A stretch of 63,461 bases of DNA, counting the filler, from Folioceros fuciformis (taxonomy: Eukaryota): NCBI GenBank assembly GCA_049999805.1. It is 11 parts of 11 records of this genome, joined end to end, with 100 filler letters (N's around TTAATTAATTAA, not from the genome) between each part and the next. Parts side by side here need not be neighbours in the genome. Positions count along the whole stretch, not along the records: positions 1 to 6,873 come from JBNGIO010000953.1; positions 6,974 to 12,213 come from JBNGIO010000954.1; 9 more parts are not named here. One strand, 5' to 3'. Within the stretch, counting starts at the first letter, position 1. Each line of letters starts with the position of its first letter. The notes under the pieces are model-generated. The model made no database searches. It had not been told where the DNA came from and worked only from the letters and a program-made list of their open reading frames with translations. Positions 1 through 11,380 of this stretch are shown piece by piece. The position numbers and the translations under genes were made by a program.

Positions 1-744
1 TGTGGACTTAGGCTGGAAAAGAGGGATGCTGTGACTCGGCGACGGCAGGTAGCCAAAGTTTGGCGACAGAGGTAGTCGAAGGACAACGACGGTCGCCAAA
101 GGGGCTACCGGTAGTCGAGCGACAACGGAGGTAGCCGAAGGGACAACGCCGGTTGTGGAATCAGCAACCCAAGGTTGCTGAAACCCCTACCTGCACCAGG
201 AGGCCTGGAATAGCAATAATTGCAGCCAGAGTGACAGGAGGCAACCAACATTCTTGGAGGAGAGAGAGTGGATAGCTGGGATGGGTCAGCTTGCAGCAGG
301 AGTGAGGTGGATATTTTTGGAAGGAATTGCCGAATCAGCAGCATGGAGGGAGAGCCTGAAGATTTTGTGTGGCAGGGGAAGGTGGGCCAAAAGAATAAAT
401 AGGAGGAGAGAGAGTGGCGCTAAGGTAAGCTAGGAGTGGCTGCATCCTAGAATAGTATTTAAATAAGATTTGGTAAGATGCTATTCAGACCTGGTGCCGT
501 CTGCCATTAAGAGCACCTTTTTTAAAGTTGACTATTTTAGAGCTAGACTTTATGACGGGTTGTGACTCTCGCTCTTGGAAACTCTGTACAAAAGGGGCCT
601 GTTGGTGCCTCTTTGATTAGCAAATGTTTGAGACTCCTCCCATTTGAGATACCCTACGCTGTCCATGCAGGACTAGAGAGGTCTGGGTGAGGCAGTGAGT
701 GCGAGATGCTCCTAGGGGTGGTTGAGAATTTTTGCTCCACAGCT

Positions 745-915
745 GAAAGTGAGGGGGGCGAATCCACCATTGCTGGAGTGGAAGGAGCACCTCCTTCCCT
801 TATTCCCTGAACGGCCAATTGTGTTTTGCAGTGGAAAGTGAGGGGGACGAATCCACCGCTGCTGGAGTGGAGGGAGAGCTTCTCCTTCGCTTATTCCCTG
901 AACGATTTGTTGCAT
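745..915 (-). repeat. Left arm of an imperfect inverted repeat (partner ~1703-1780); itself a ~90-bp tandem duplication
   Basis: Reverse complement of 836-915 (ATGCAACAAATCGTTCAGGGAATAAGCGAAGG...GCGGTGGATTCGTCCCCCTC) matches 1703-1780 (ATGCAGCTGATGGTTCAGGGAATAAGGGAAGG...GCGGTGGATTCGTCCCCCTC). 745-812 repeats at 836-903. Confidence 0.8.
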
Positions 916-984
916 TTTTTATCTGGAGTGTGTGAGAGAAGAGAGTGTGTTGAGAAGAAGAAGTGTTGGAGAATGTGTGAGAAG

Positions 985-1115
985 AGTGAGTGAGAAGAGA
1001 AGGAGAAGAAGGCAGAAGGAGTGAGTGAGAAGAGAAGGAGAGGAGGCTAAGAGTGAGTGAGAAGAGAAGGAGAGGAGGCTAAGAGTGAGTGAGAGGAGGA
1101 GGAGAAGGAGGCTGA
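985..1115 (+). repeat. GA-rich ~32-bp tandem repeat (~4 copies)
   Basis: Repeated GAGTGAGTGAGAAGAGAAGGAGAGGAGGCTAA units. Confidence 0.85.
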
Positions 1116-1924
1116 GGAGCTCATAGGGCTGGGTTATTCGATGCTCCTCACACGTGCAAGGGCTGATCCTTGAGGAACAAAACCTTGCGGATCAGCCACA
1201 CCTTCCCACACACTCATGCAACACTCCACTCACACACAAAACACACACAAGAGCTCTGGTTCACAATTATTCTCACTGGCCTGCCCCCAAGGGTCTCAAT
1301 CTCTAGCAATGTTCCCAAATCTCCATCGATTCTTCAGCAATCTCCCACAACTCCTCACAGGGTTCAACAATCTCCAACAGCCGCTCACAAATGCTTCAAA
1401 ATCTTGCATAAATTCTCCAGGTTTTAAATCCAATCTTCAGCACTCTTCCTCAAGCAACTTCACAGCCGTTTCTCTTCAGTTCTCCAGCAATGTTCCCAGC
1501 TCTCCAGCCACCTTAGCAACCTCTCACAGTCCTCCACAAACGGCCAGGGATTCCTCGGAAATTCCCCAGCAATCTTGTCCAACTTCAGCAAACTTTCTCA
1601 GCAGTCTCTCAACGATTTCTCAGCAATTTCTCAACGAATCTCTTGGAGTAATCTTCCACAGTTCTCTTTAGTCTTCCAGCTCTCTCTCCTCACCAGATTT
1701 AGCATGCAGCTGATGGTTCAGGGAATAAGGGAAGGAGGAAATCTTCCTCCACTCTAGCAGCGGTGGATTCGTCCCCCTCTCCTCAGCTACGGACAAAAAT
1801 CAGTCCTCACTCTCTTCTTCTCAAGTCACTCCCTAGAATGTCCTGGGCATAAACTCGTGGGTGGAAACCCGCGGCGCGCCTGTGCCAAAAATAATTAGTT
1901 GGGGTTTGGGGTGGGGCCCACCAC

Positions 1925-2060
1925 AGTAGTGGAAAGACAACGGAGGTAGCTGAAGTGGCTACCGGTAGTTGAAAGATGACGGGGGTAGTCGAAGCGACTA
2001 CCGGTAGTTGAAAGACGACGGGGGTAGCCGAAGAAGCTACCGGTAGTTGCAAGACGACAT
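1925..2060 (+). repeat. 39-bp tandem repeat (~3.5 copies), related to the motif at 30-160
   Basis: Units like CTACCGGTAGTTGAAAGACGACGGGGGTAGCCGAAGAAG. A similar GGCTACCGGTAGT...GACAACGGAGGTAGCCGAAG sits at ~103-140. Confidence 0.8.
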
Positions 2061-2439
2061 AGGAAGTGGAATCCACTATCGATAGTTGAGACCCTACCTT
2101 GGTAGTTGAATGGTCGGTAGTTGTAGAGACCCCCCACCCCGGTAGCCGAGTAGGTCTGTCAGGTAGTCCAGGGACGAAGGTAGGGGTAGTTGAACTAGCA
2201 GGTAGTGGAGCTGGGGTAGTTAAAGTCTGACCTAGGTAGAAGCTGACTTTGTGAAGAAACCTGTGTTACTTGGCACAAATCATTCCCTTGGGATCGAATC
2301 CCAATGCTATAACGACAAAGAGGGTTTGTGTGGACCTCACAGCACCCTCGGGTGCAATATTTTCCCCCACACCAAGCTTTCATTGGTCCACAATCTGCAC
2401 AGTGGAAGGTTGCTGGGGAGGATGAATATCAGTCTCTCG

Positions 2440-3257
2440 TGAAGAATAAAACATGCCAACTCTCAGACCTCACACTAGAGTGAAAGGCGATTTCCTGCAA
2501 ATGGGTATTCAAGATCAAGTTAAATGCAAAGGGTGAAGTAGCACGATACAAAGCTAGGTTGGTGGCCTGTGGCTTCACATAGGTTGAAGGTATTGACTAT
2601 TAAGAAACCTTTCACCTGTTGTAAGGACACAATCTATTCGGATCCTCCTTGCCTATGCTACAAAATATGACTTGGATTTCAAGCAGATGGATGTTTGCAC
2701 AACGTTCTTATATGGCGCTCTCGATGAAGAATTGTATATGCACCAACGTGAAGGCTACGAGGATGCTGCACACCCACGAAAAGTTCTTAAGCTACTGAAG
2801 TGCATTTACGACCTCAAGCAAAGTGGTCGAGTGTGGTACATCACCATGCATTTATATCTGCTTAGTATAAAGTTCACTTAAAGCAATGTTGACACCAATG
2901 TATACAAACTCACCCGAGGATCCTCCATTGTGTTGCTGGCTCTTTATGTTAATGATGTCATCTTTGCCATGAATGATCAAAAGTTGGTGGCAGTTGTGAA
3001 AGAACAGCTAAACAGCAGATTTAAGATGAAGGATATTGGGGAACTCAAGTTTTGTCTTGGCATATAGTTGTTGCGTGTTCGAGAAAAAGGTCTGATGATC
3101 ATCCACCAATATAAATAATACATCAATGAAATTATGAGGAAATACAACCTTGATCAGGCCAGACCAGCAACCACGCCTTATGCAACATGCACTAAGCTTA
3201 CACGCTCGCAATGCCCTCATACGGAAGAGGAAGTTGAAGATATGTGTGTGAACCTCC
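2440..3257 (+). mobile_element. Degenerate Ty1/copia reverse transcriptase fragment
   Basis: Motifs [44 protein letters not shown] (decayed YVDD) and MKDIGELKFCLG, broken by stops and frameshifts. Confidence 0.9.
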
Positions 3258-4103
3258 AAAGTTTGGGGTAGTGGTTTGTTTTGGTTGAAAAAGGTTTAAT
3301 AGTGGTATGGTTTGGTTTTCTTTTTCTACTTATTTTCCCTAAATTTTCTTTATTTTCTGATCATTTTTCCTATTTTTCTTTGTGCTAATTAGGTTAATTG
3401 ACTAGGAAATAGTTGGTTTGGTTATTAGAGTGGGTATAGGTCTGGTTCCAAACCTGGGAAAGTTTAGGTCCGGTACTGGGCCATAGGGTTGGGAAAGTTT
3501 GAGTCTAGGTCTGGTGATTGTGGACTCCACATGCTGAATAGACCCCTGGGAAAGAATAGGTTTTCTTTTTTTTGGATTTGTGAGGGAGTGTTGTAGAGGA
3601 AAGGTGGGGAGATTAGGTTAGAATAGTAGCTAAATTGATGGTGAGTCGATAGGGTAGGTAGGTTGTGTGGTGGATAGGACGTGGGCTCTGGTTCCTGGGG
3701 TAAGGTGATGGAGGAATAGTAAACCCTAGGACGTCATGGAAGGCGAGCGGGGCTCTCTCTGGTCGATGCTGGTGGAAGCGGGAGACGGGGATAGCGGTGC
3801 CTGGGACCGAGGGCTCGAGAGCAGGCGGTCATGCAAGGAGGGCCTAAGGTTGTGGGAGCATCAGGTTCGGGGAAAGTTAGCCAGCCAGATGGCCGAGTAG
3901 GGGGAGCGTTGCCTCAGGGTCAGTAGGTTGGAGGGTAGCTGGGTGAGTAATGGACCGGCTGTTCGGCTAGCCACACGAGTCGGCTAACTTGGCCTGGGCG
4001 AGGCCAGGCAGCCGGCTGGCCGAGGAAGGAGTAGGCAGCAGCCATGTAGGCGACCTGGCTGCTGGCAGGCCGCATGGCCAGACCCAGGCCGGGGTCCAGG
4101 CCG

Positions 4104-4173
4104 GAGCTGCGAGGCAATCAGCCGAGTAGGCCGCCAGAGCTGCGAGGCAATCAGCCGAGTAGGCCGCCAGAGC
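4104..4173 (+). repeat. 33-bp perfect direct repeat (2 copies) within an unclassified GC-rich block (~3260-4816) lying between two copia fragments
   Basis: GAGCTGCGAGGCAATCAGCCGAGTAGGCCGCCA occurs twice. Confidence 0.8.
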
Positions 4174-4816
4174 GCTGGAGGGGGCAAGGTAGGCAGCTAG
4201 GCGGGGTTGCTGGAACCCAACCAACTAGAGGAGGGCCGGGCCAGCAGCGGCCTGGCTACGGAGAGGAGGGGTTGCAGAGGAGCGCTTGCAAGGGCTGGGC
4301 CAGCAGCACGGACATCCGGCTACGGGGAGGTAGCCTAGCATGGCTGCAGGCAGGCAACCCGGTAGCAGGCGGGTGGGTGACCTAGCAAGCACGGCGTCGG
4401 GATCCAGGCGGCCATGGCTGGCTGGCTAGGATCACAAGGGGGCTGGCTAGGGGCTACAGCAAGCGGCCTCGTGGGCGGGATGCCTGGCCAGATCTAGAGA
4501 GCAGGCAGGCGCCCCAGTGGCGCGGACAGCCTGTGGCCGGACCCAGGCAGATACTCGCCGGATCGCCAGACAGCCCAGCCCGGCCAACAGCAGGAGCAGG
4601 CTGGCTGGCTGAGGGGAATCCTGGCCGGGGAGGATCTGCAGGCTGATAGACGGAACTGGCAGGCCGGACAGGGCCAGATCCTGAAGCTAGGCAGGCTGGC
4701 CGGACTGGCTGGGGCTGGTCCAGCCCAACACAGGCAGGCCGAGCAGGTGGGCGGCCTGAGCAAATTGGCCAGGAGGACGGTGTGTGGCCTGGCTGGTAGG
4801 CAGATCCAGTCGACAT

Positions 4817-6873
4817 CTGACTTGAACTTCAGCTTGTACACCCACTTAGAACCAATAGGAACCTTGCCATCAGGCAATTGAACCAAATCCCACGTTCCGT
4901 TCTCAACTAATGCTGAGTATTCTTCATCCATGGCTTAACACCACTTATCATCTGTCACTGCCTCAGCAAACTTGGTTGGCTCCTTACAAGCTGTGACCCT
5001 TGTCATATACGCATAATGTTGCGCGTTGTAGCTTGTATAGGTGTACATGTCAATGGGTTTCCTAACCCTCTCAGATCTCCTTGGTCTTGGTTCATTTTGA
5101 ACCTGCCTTGCATATTGTTGCTCCTTAGCACCTGTCGTTTCCACAGACGGAATGCCAAACTCACTGTAAATGCTCTCACTACTTGAGGATTCATATCCCT
5201 CATTTCCAGTTTTGCTGCTTTCTACTCTCCCCCTCACTGACATATCCGGGTCAGTGGTCTTCAGTTTACCATGCCGTAGTCTTCCAGACCATGGATTCAC
5301 CGTTGGTGATCCACCATTGGTCAAATCCTCACTCTTTGCTGGAGTACTCTTAACAGTACTCTCCCCTGTGGGTTCGTCATAGGGTAGTGCAACTGAGTTG
5401 CTATACCAGGAGGCTAACTCATCAAATACCACATCCCTGCTTATCAGGATCTCATGTATGGATGGCACATAACACTTATATGCCTTCCTATTTCGTGCAT
5501 ACCCCAGAAAAACACTCTTCGCTACTTTAGGATCCAGCTTCCTACGCTTCTCATCAGGTACATGCACATATGCAATGCACCCAAACACTTTCAAGTGCCT
5601 AATATCCGGCTTATAGCCATACAGTCTCTCAATTGGTGTAGCATCATGAATTCCTGCCGTAGGAGTTCGATTCAGTACATACACTGCTGTCATCATTGCT
5701 TCTGCCCAATAATCATTAGGTAAGCACTTCTCATTCAGCATTGCCCTTGCTGTTTCCATGACTACCCTGTTCTTCCTCTTTGCAACATCATTTTGCTGTG
5801 GTGCGTATCTGCAAGTCAGCTGTCTTCGTATACCATGATCTGCAAGATACCTGTCAAACTCATTTGAGACATATTCTCTCCCTCCATCTGATCTTAGACA
5901 AGAGATGGAGCAGCTGAATTCATTTTCAGCATGCTTTTTGAAGTCCTTGAAATACTCGAACACTTCATCCTTATGCTTAGTATGTACAGCCACGTGTACC
6001 TGCTGGAATCATCAATGAGGGAGACATAGTAGTGGGCTCCTCCAAACGATGCATTCAGTGAAGGACCCCATACATCAGAGTGTATCAATTGCAAAGGTCT
6101 TGAGCTGTTCTACACGTGTCGCACAAATGGAAACCTTGACTGTTTTCCAAATTGACATGCAGAACACACATGACCAAGATCAGCATACTTGAACTTGGGC
6201 AATCCTTCCACCACGCTTTTCTGTTGCATAGATTTCAGCTTCTCTATGTTCACATGCCCAATCCTCTTATGCCATATTTCAACATCACGTATGGCACCTG
6301 CATCATTTGCAAACATTGCTGCATTTAGCTCTAGAATGGATGCATCCAGAGTGAACATCCGTCCATTCCTACTACCTTTAGCAATCAGTTTGCGCCCTCT
6401 GTCATATTCTTCAATAAAGCATCCATCTTTATTGAATCGAACCTGCAGATTTTGTTCAGCCATCTGTCCAACAGACAACAGGTTCTTCGTAATGGTTGGA
6501 ACATGCATCACATCTTGCAGTCTCTTCTGCTGACCATTCGGCATCCTAAGAGGAACAATTCCTCTGTGCTTTATATCATGTTGTGTGTCATCTCCTGTAC
6601 ACACATGGCCATGGGGACCTGCATCCATCTTGTTAAACCACTCGCCATGCGGAGTCATGTGGTTTGATGCTCCTGAATCAATGTACCATCTCTCATCATT
6701 CTGCCCATCCTGTTCAGAGAGATGTTGCATGGCGAACAACTTATCCTGGTCATTTCCAGCATTACTAGAGGAGGCATAGTTCCCATGCGGCCTTCCTTTT
6801 CCTCTCATGTTTACTTGCTGCTTATAGCAGTCCTTAGCAATATGACCAACCTTACCATAGTAGTAACACTCCT
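4817..6873 (-). mobile_element. Ty1/copia gag-pol: end of Gag zinc knuckle, protease, GAG-pre-integrase, integrase, start of RT; truncated at ~4817
   Basis: CYYCGKVGHIAKDC; WYIDSGASNHM; WHKRIGH..CSACQFGKQ; IHSDVWGP, LRSDGGREY, PQQNDVAKRKNR; TWDLVQLP..KWVYKLK. Stops at ~6110 and ~4935 and a frameshift near 5993. Confidence 0.95.
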
Positions 6874-6973
6874 NNNNNNNNNNNNNNNNNNNNNNNNNNN
6901 NNNNNNNNNNNNNNNNNTTAATTAATTAANNNNNNNNNNNNNNNNNNNNNNNNNNNNNNNNNNNNNNNNNNNN
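6874..6973. other. Artificial contig spacer (44N-TTAATTAATTAA-44N); identical spacers at 12214, 21478, 29900, 33457, 42880, 50291, 51406, 54989 and 61830
   Basis: Every gap is exactly 100 nt with a palindromic six-frame-stop core. Confidence 0.97.
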
Positions 6974-9739
6974 TCATTACTGTGAAAGAGGCCCTAGAAT
7001 TTAGTTCCGCGCTGAGGCTTCCCCGTGGAACGAGTGCAGCCCAGAGGAAAGCAGTTGTGGACGAGGTATGTGGGTCCTCGGGAAATTTCACCTGCTGTTA
7101 TTTGTTTCTTCACCAAACACGTACATCTGATATGCGAACTGGGATGTTGTAACGGGCAACTGCAAGGTTTTGGAGCTGCTAGAGCTTCAAGATGTCGGGA
7201 ACAAACTTGTGGGGGCGATTGGTGACACAGGACTGTCTGTGGAGGAAGGGAAGCGTCTTACTATTGGTGTGGAGCTCGTAAGTGACGGTTCAACTTTACA
7301 TGCATGTGGTTAATCCGAAGGTATGTGTTTTGACTGGGCATGTTAGTCAGGAGAAATGTCACCTGAACTATGTTCTGGCTTTGTCGCAGGCTGCTAACCC
7401 CAGTATCATCTTTTTTGATGAGCCTACAAGTGGTTTAGACAGCCGAGCAGCTCAAGTTGTTATGCGTGGGGTCAGTAAGATTGTTCGAACTGGCCGTAGC
7501 GTGATATGTACTATTCACCAGCCAAGTAGGAGGCTGTTCTTGTCTTTTGATCAGCTTCTGCTCCTAAAGCGTGGTGGCGAGGTGGCCTATTTTGGACCAG
7601 TAGGAGTGGATGCCAAAGATCTTCTGGTTAGTTCAATCTGATGTGTTCACGGACTTGGGCACTTCCTTGTGACCTCATATCCTTCAAGATGTTCAACTAT
7701 GGGCCCTTCAGGAATATTTCCATTCTCTGCCTGGCACGAGACGCTGTGGGGAAGATCAGAACCCAGCAACGTACATGCTGGAAGTAATTGGAGCTGGGAT
7801 TGGCCACACTGCAGACAGGGATTTTGGTGTGGATTACAGGGAAAGTAGCCTGGCTACGTCTAACTGTGAGTAGATTTACATAGTTAGACCACGAATAAAG
7901 CGGAAACCAAAGTTGGTGGTATCAGGGCTGGTTTCTAACAGTATCACACTGGGTTATCAGGGGAGGAGCTAGAGATTCTCCGATTTGGAAAGGGAACTCT
8001 GGGGGCTGAGCCTGTTGTTTCGGGTTATGCTGCAAGTCTCCCTACGATGATTGCCTGTGTGCTCAGACGTCAGTACAGATCATACTGGAGAAATGTGGCC
8101 TACAGGTAACTAGATTGCTATGCTGTATGTCTGCATCCATGAACACACCCATTTCTTGTTTAGACTGGTGAGCTGGAGATTCTGAGACTGATATTTGGAG
8201 ACATTGATCATTGCAGCTTTGGGCGCATTACTTTCGCAGCAATTCTTGCCGTGTTGTTGGGGAGTGCATTTTGGCAGGTTTGATTCTTCATTCAGGTTTC
8301 AAGTTTGGTTGCCTGTCTTTTGACTTTGACATGGACGAGAGAGTGTAGCCACTGGACAATCACAGTTTCTGTCTGTGCTGCATACATGTAAATTTTGGCA
8401 AATCTTGCTTGCTATAGCCTTCCTCTCTTGCTGGCAGCTGGCTTGCTTCCAAGAAAAAGATGATGTGGACATAAATGTATCTGATGTCTGCTAAGATTTT
8501 GGTGGTATTTGGTTGATAGATCAAGTACGACCATACGCCTGGCATGGTCTCAAGGGGTGGTTTGGTGTACATCTCGGTCATATTCATGTCTATGCTTAAT
8601 GCAAACAACGTCATCCCTCAGGTACTCCGCTCGCGCAATCAAATTCTGGCTTCAAGTGTTGGTCGAGCCCCCGGGTCCTGATTGACTCATACCGGACTGC
8701 CATGCGTAGTTTTGAGTGACTGCGTCTTCATGAGTGTGTGCAGGTGAACCAAGAGCGGCCTGTATACTACAGGGAGCAGGCCTCAAACATGTATGATTCC
8801 TTCATCTACAGCATATCTTGGGTCATGGCTGAGGTAATGAAGTCATCTGGTTTGCTACGTCCTGTTATTTCACATTCACTTGTCTAGTGTGTGGATTCCG
8901 AGCTTTTACACAACGCACTCTAATAACACTTGCTCGGCTGTGCAGATCCCCTATTTGTGTATTTCTACCCTCGTCTTTTGCAGCATCTGCTTTTCCATGT
9001 CTGCGGTTACTACAGACAGTAGTTCCAGGTTTTTCGAGTTTTGGTTCCTGTTCTTCGAGTACTCCGCGTGCATTACCTTCTTTGGCATCTTCATGGCAGC
9101 GATGACCCCCAACGCAGAGGTGTGTTTTCTCCTGCACCAACAATCTCTCCGCAGTACAGTGTTGTCGAGGGTCTACCCGAGAGTCACTGCCAGTGGATTG
9201 CTTCAGGGGCTGGTGACATGACCGTGCTATTTCATGTTTTGCAGACTGCCACGGTTGTGATTCCCATCGTCATAAACCTCTGGTTAGACCCTGCACTTTC
9301 TTCTTTGCTCTGGTTGTGTGGACCATTTTCAGTCGTTGCTGGATAACATGACACGTCTTCTGCACACCACACCAGGAACATGACTTCCGGCTTCATGATT
9401 GCCAAGAAGGACATCCCATCGTTTTGGATTTGGCTGTACTGGCTGAACCCCGCCCAATATGCTCTCAACGGACTCACCACCTTGGCCTTCTACTGCGATA
9501 CCTCCTCCCCGCAGTGCCAGAGCTGCAGCTTGAACCCTACGAGCGGCACCTGCCCGACCTGTAACTGCGTGCACGTGAAGGATCAGGGCAACTTGCTCGC
9601 ATGGCTGCTGATGAGCACAGCGCGGACTCTGGATCACAGCAAGATCGGATTTGACATGGGATTATTAGCGGTGTTCACGATCGTGTTCATGGTAGCGTCT
9701 ATGGTTGCTCTCCGATTCATGAAATACAACAGACGGTGA
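6974..9739 (+). CDS. PDR-type ABCG transporter, 3' half (NBD2 + TMD2); multi-exon, 5'-truncated by the gap
   Basis: Spliced exons give TVKEALEFSSALRL, GLSVEEGKRLTIGVEL, NPSIIFFDEPTSGLDSRAA, CTIHQPS, LLLKRGGE, NPATYMLEV, YWRN, ERPVYYREQASNMY, SGFMI, WIWLYWLNP and end at KYNRR*. More than 10 short GT-AG introns. Confidence 0.93.
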
Positions 9740-9859
9740 GAGGTTTGTGTGGGATGGATGGAAGAAGGGTTTTAAAAGGCTGAGAGCCCGGAAGCCTGAC
9801 AGCCTGGAGCACATTCTGTACATACTTTTATTCTTGATATCCTATGATACAGTCTCGTC

Positions 9860-11380
9860 TCATAATTCCGATAGACTATCTTTCGGTTTGGTAGAGGCGG
9901 GAGGAACAATTCGTTTCCAGAACCAGTGCTCCTCCCAGACATGCACCATCTCCTCGATGGGGATGTTCTTGGTCTCCGGCAGGAAAAGGTAGATGAAGGC
10001 CGTCATGAAGACTAGCCAGGCAGCGAAGAAGTAGAAGGTGGCGAACTTGAGATGACACAGCATTGAGAGGAAGGACTGCGCGATGCCGAACGTGAAGAGC
10101 AGATTGACGAACACAGTCACGGCCTGGCCCGAAGAACGCGACTCGATGGGGAAGATCTCGCTGGGAACCAGCCACCCGAGCGGGCCCCAGGACCAGGCGA
10201 AGCCAGCGACGTAGACGCAGATGACGAACACTACGACGGCAGCGGTTTTCTTTGGCATGGGATCGCTCCCCTTGAGCTGCGCCTGGAGCAGCGCCCCGAT
10301 CACCACCTCGGCAAGGAACATCTGCACTCCCCCCTGGATGAAGAACCACCTCCGGCCCAGCCGATCCACGGCCGCGATCGACAGCCCGCAGCACACCAGA
10401 AGCACCGCCCCGGTGATGACCGCCGAGTAGAGTGCGGCGTCGCTCCCGAACCCCATGCTGAGGAAGAGCACGGGCACGTAGAAGTTGACGACGTTGATCC
10501 CCGTCAACTGCTGCTGGCACGGGATCATGATCGCCATCACCATCTGCGGGGCGAGCTGGCGGCTGAAGAGCCGGGCGCCCTGCTGCTGCGCGAGCGAAAT
10601 GGCGTCTCGGATGTCGGCCAGCTCCACCTCCACGTCTTGAACCCCACGGATCTTCTGCAGCACTTGCCGGGCCTGCTCGTGCTTCCCACGCTCCAGGAGG
10701 CTGTTGGGCGTCTCTGGGAGGAAGCATCCCCCGACGGTCATCACGGCAGCGGGCAGGGCGGCGAGGCCGAGCGACAGCCGCCAGCCCCAGGGGTGCAGCC
10801 GGGAAGTAGCGTAGTTGATGAGATTGGCCATCAGCATGCCCACTCCAACCATGAGCTGGAACATAATATTAAGCCCGCCGCGGATGCTAGCAGGCGCCAT
10901 CTCCGACAAGTAGAGCGGTACGGCCTGGTTCCCGAACCCCACGCCGGCACCGAGCAGCAACCTCCCAATCAAGAGCATCGGGAGGTTGACGGCCCCAGCG
11001 TCGATCGCGGCTCCGAAGAAGAAGCTGAGCCCTCCCACGAGGATGGTAGGCTTCCTCCCGTAGTTCCGCGTCACCATCGCGGCCGGGATGGAGGCCAGCA
11101 GCCCCGCGATGTAGAGCGAAGACGTGAAGGCCTGCAGCGCCTGGCTGTCGAACTTGCAGTAATCGTCCTCCTTGGCGTTGTGCTTGCGGATGTACACGGG
11201 GTGGAAGAATCGGGAGAGGAAGTCGTCCATTCCCGACACCCCGCCCGACACCCCGATGTCGTAGCCAAAGATGAGCCCGCCCGTGGCCGCCATCACGCAC
11301 ACCACCACCACGTACGGGGTCACCTTACCGTCGTACCGCTTCCCCTTAACATCAGACACGCTGATCGGCCCCCCCGCCAT
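9860..11380 (-). CDS. STP: Sugar transport protein (STP family hexose/H+ symporter, MFS), intronless, 506 aa
   Basis: MAGG start, GGLIFGYDIGVSGGV, YCKFDSQ, FTSSLY, PLYLSEMAP, LPETPNSL, QQLTGIN, WSWGPLGWLVPSEIFP, LPETKNIPIEEM, HWFW. Confidence 0.96.
   Translation of the reverse strand: MAGGPISVSDVKGKRYDGKVTPYVVVVCVMAATGGLIFGYDIGVSGGVSGMDDFLSRFFHPVYIRKHNAKEDDYCKFDSQALQAFTSSLYIAGLLASIPAAMVTRNYGRKPTILVGGLSFFFGAAIDAGAVNLPMLLIGRLLLGAGVGFGNQAVPLYLSEMAPASIRGGLNIMFQLMVGVGMLMANLINYATSRLHPWGWRLSLGLAALPAAVMTVGGCFLPETPNSLLERGKHEQARQVLQKIRGVQDVEVELADIRDAISLAQQQGARLFSRQLAPQMVMAIMIPCQQQLTGINVVNFYVPVLFLSMGFGSDAALYSAVITGAVLLVCCGLSIAAVDRLGRRWFFIQGGVQMFLAEVVIGALLQAQLKGSDPMPKKTAAVVVFVICVYVAGFAWSWGPLGWLVPSEIFPIESRSSGQAVTVFVNLLFTFGIAQSFLSMLCHLKFATFYFFAAWLVFMTAFIYLFLPETKNIPIEEMVHVWEEHWFWKRIVPPASTKPKDSLSEL

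Noticed and set aside
1216-1671. 151-aa Ser/Gln-rich ORF
   Set aside because: Arises from CT/CA-biased repeat sequence; no coding evidence.
4494-4931. Copia RT fused to a novel C-terminal domain
   Set aside because: Read-through across the truncation junction at ~4817 into unrelated GC-rich sequence.
6918-6929. Conserved TTAATTAATTAA palindrome recurring ten times
   Set aside because: Always centred in 44N flanks; a synthetic assembly linker.
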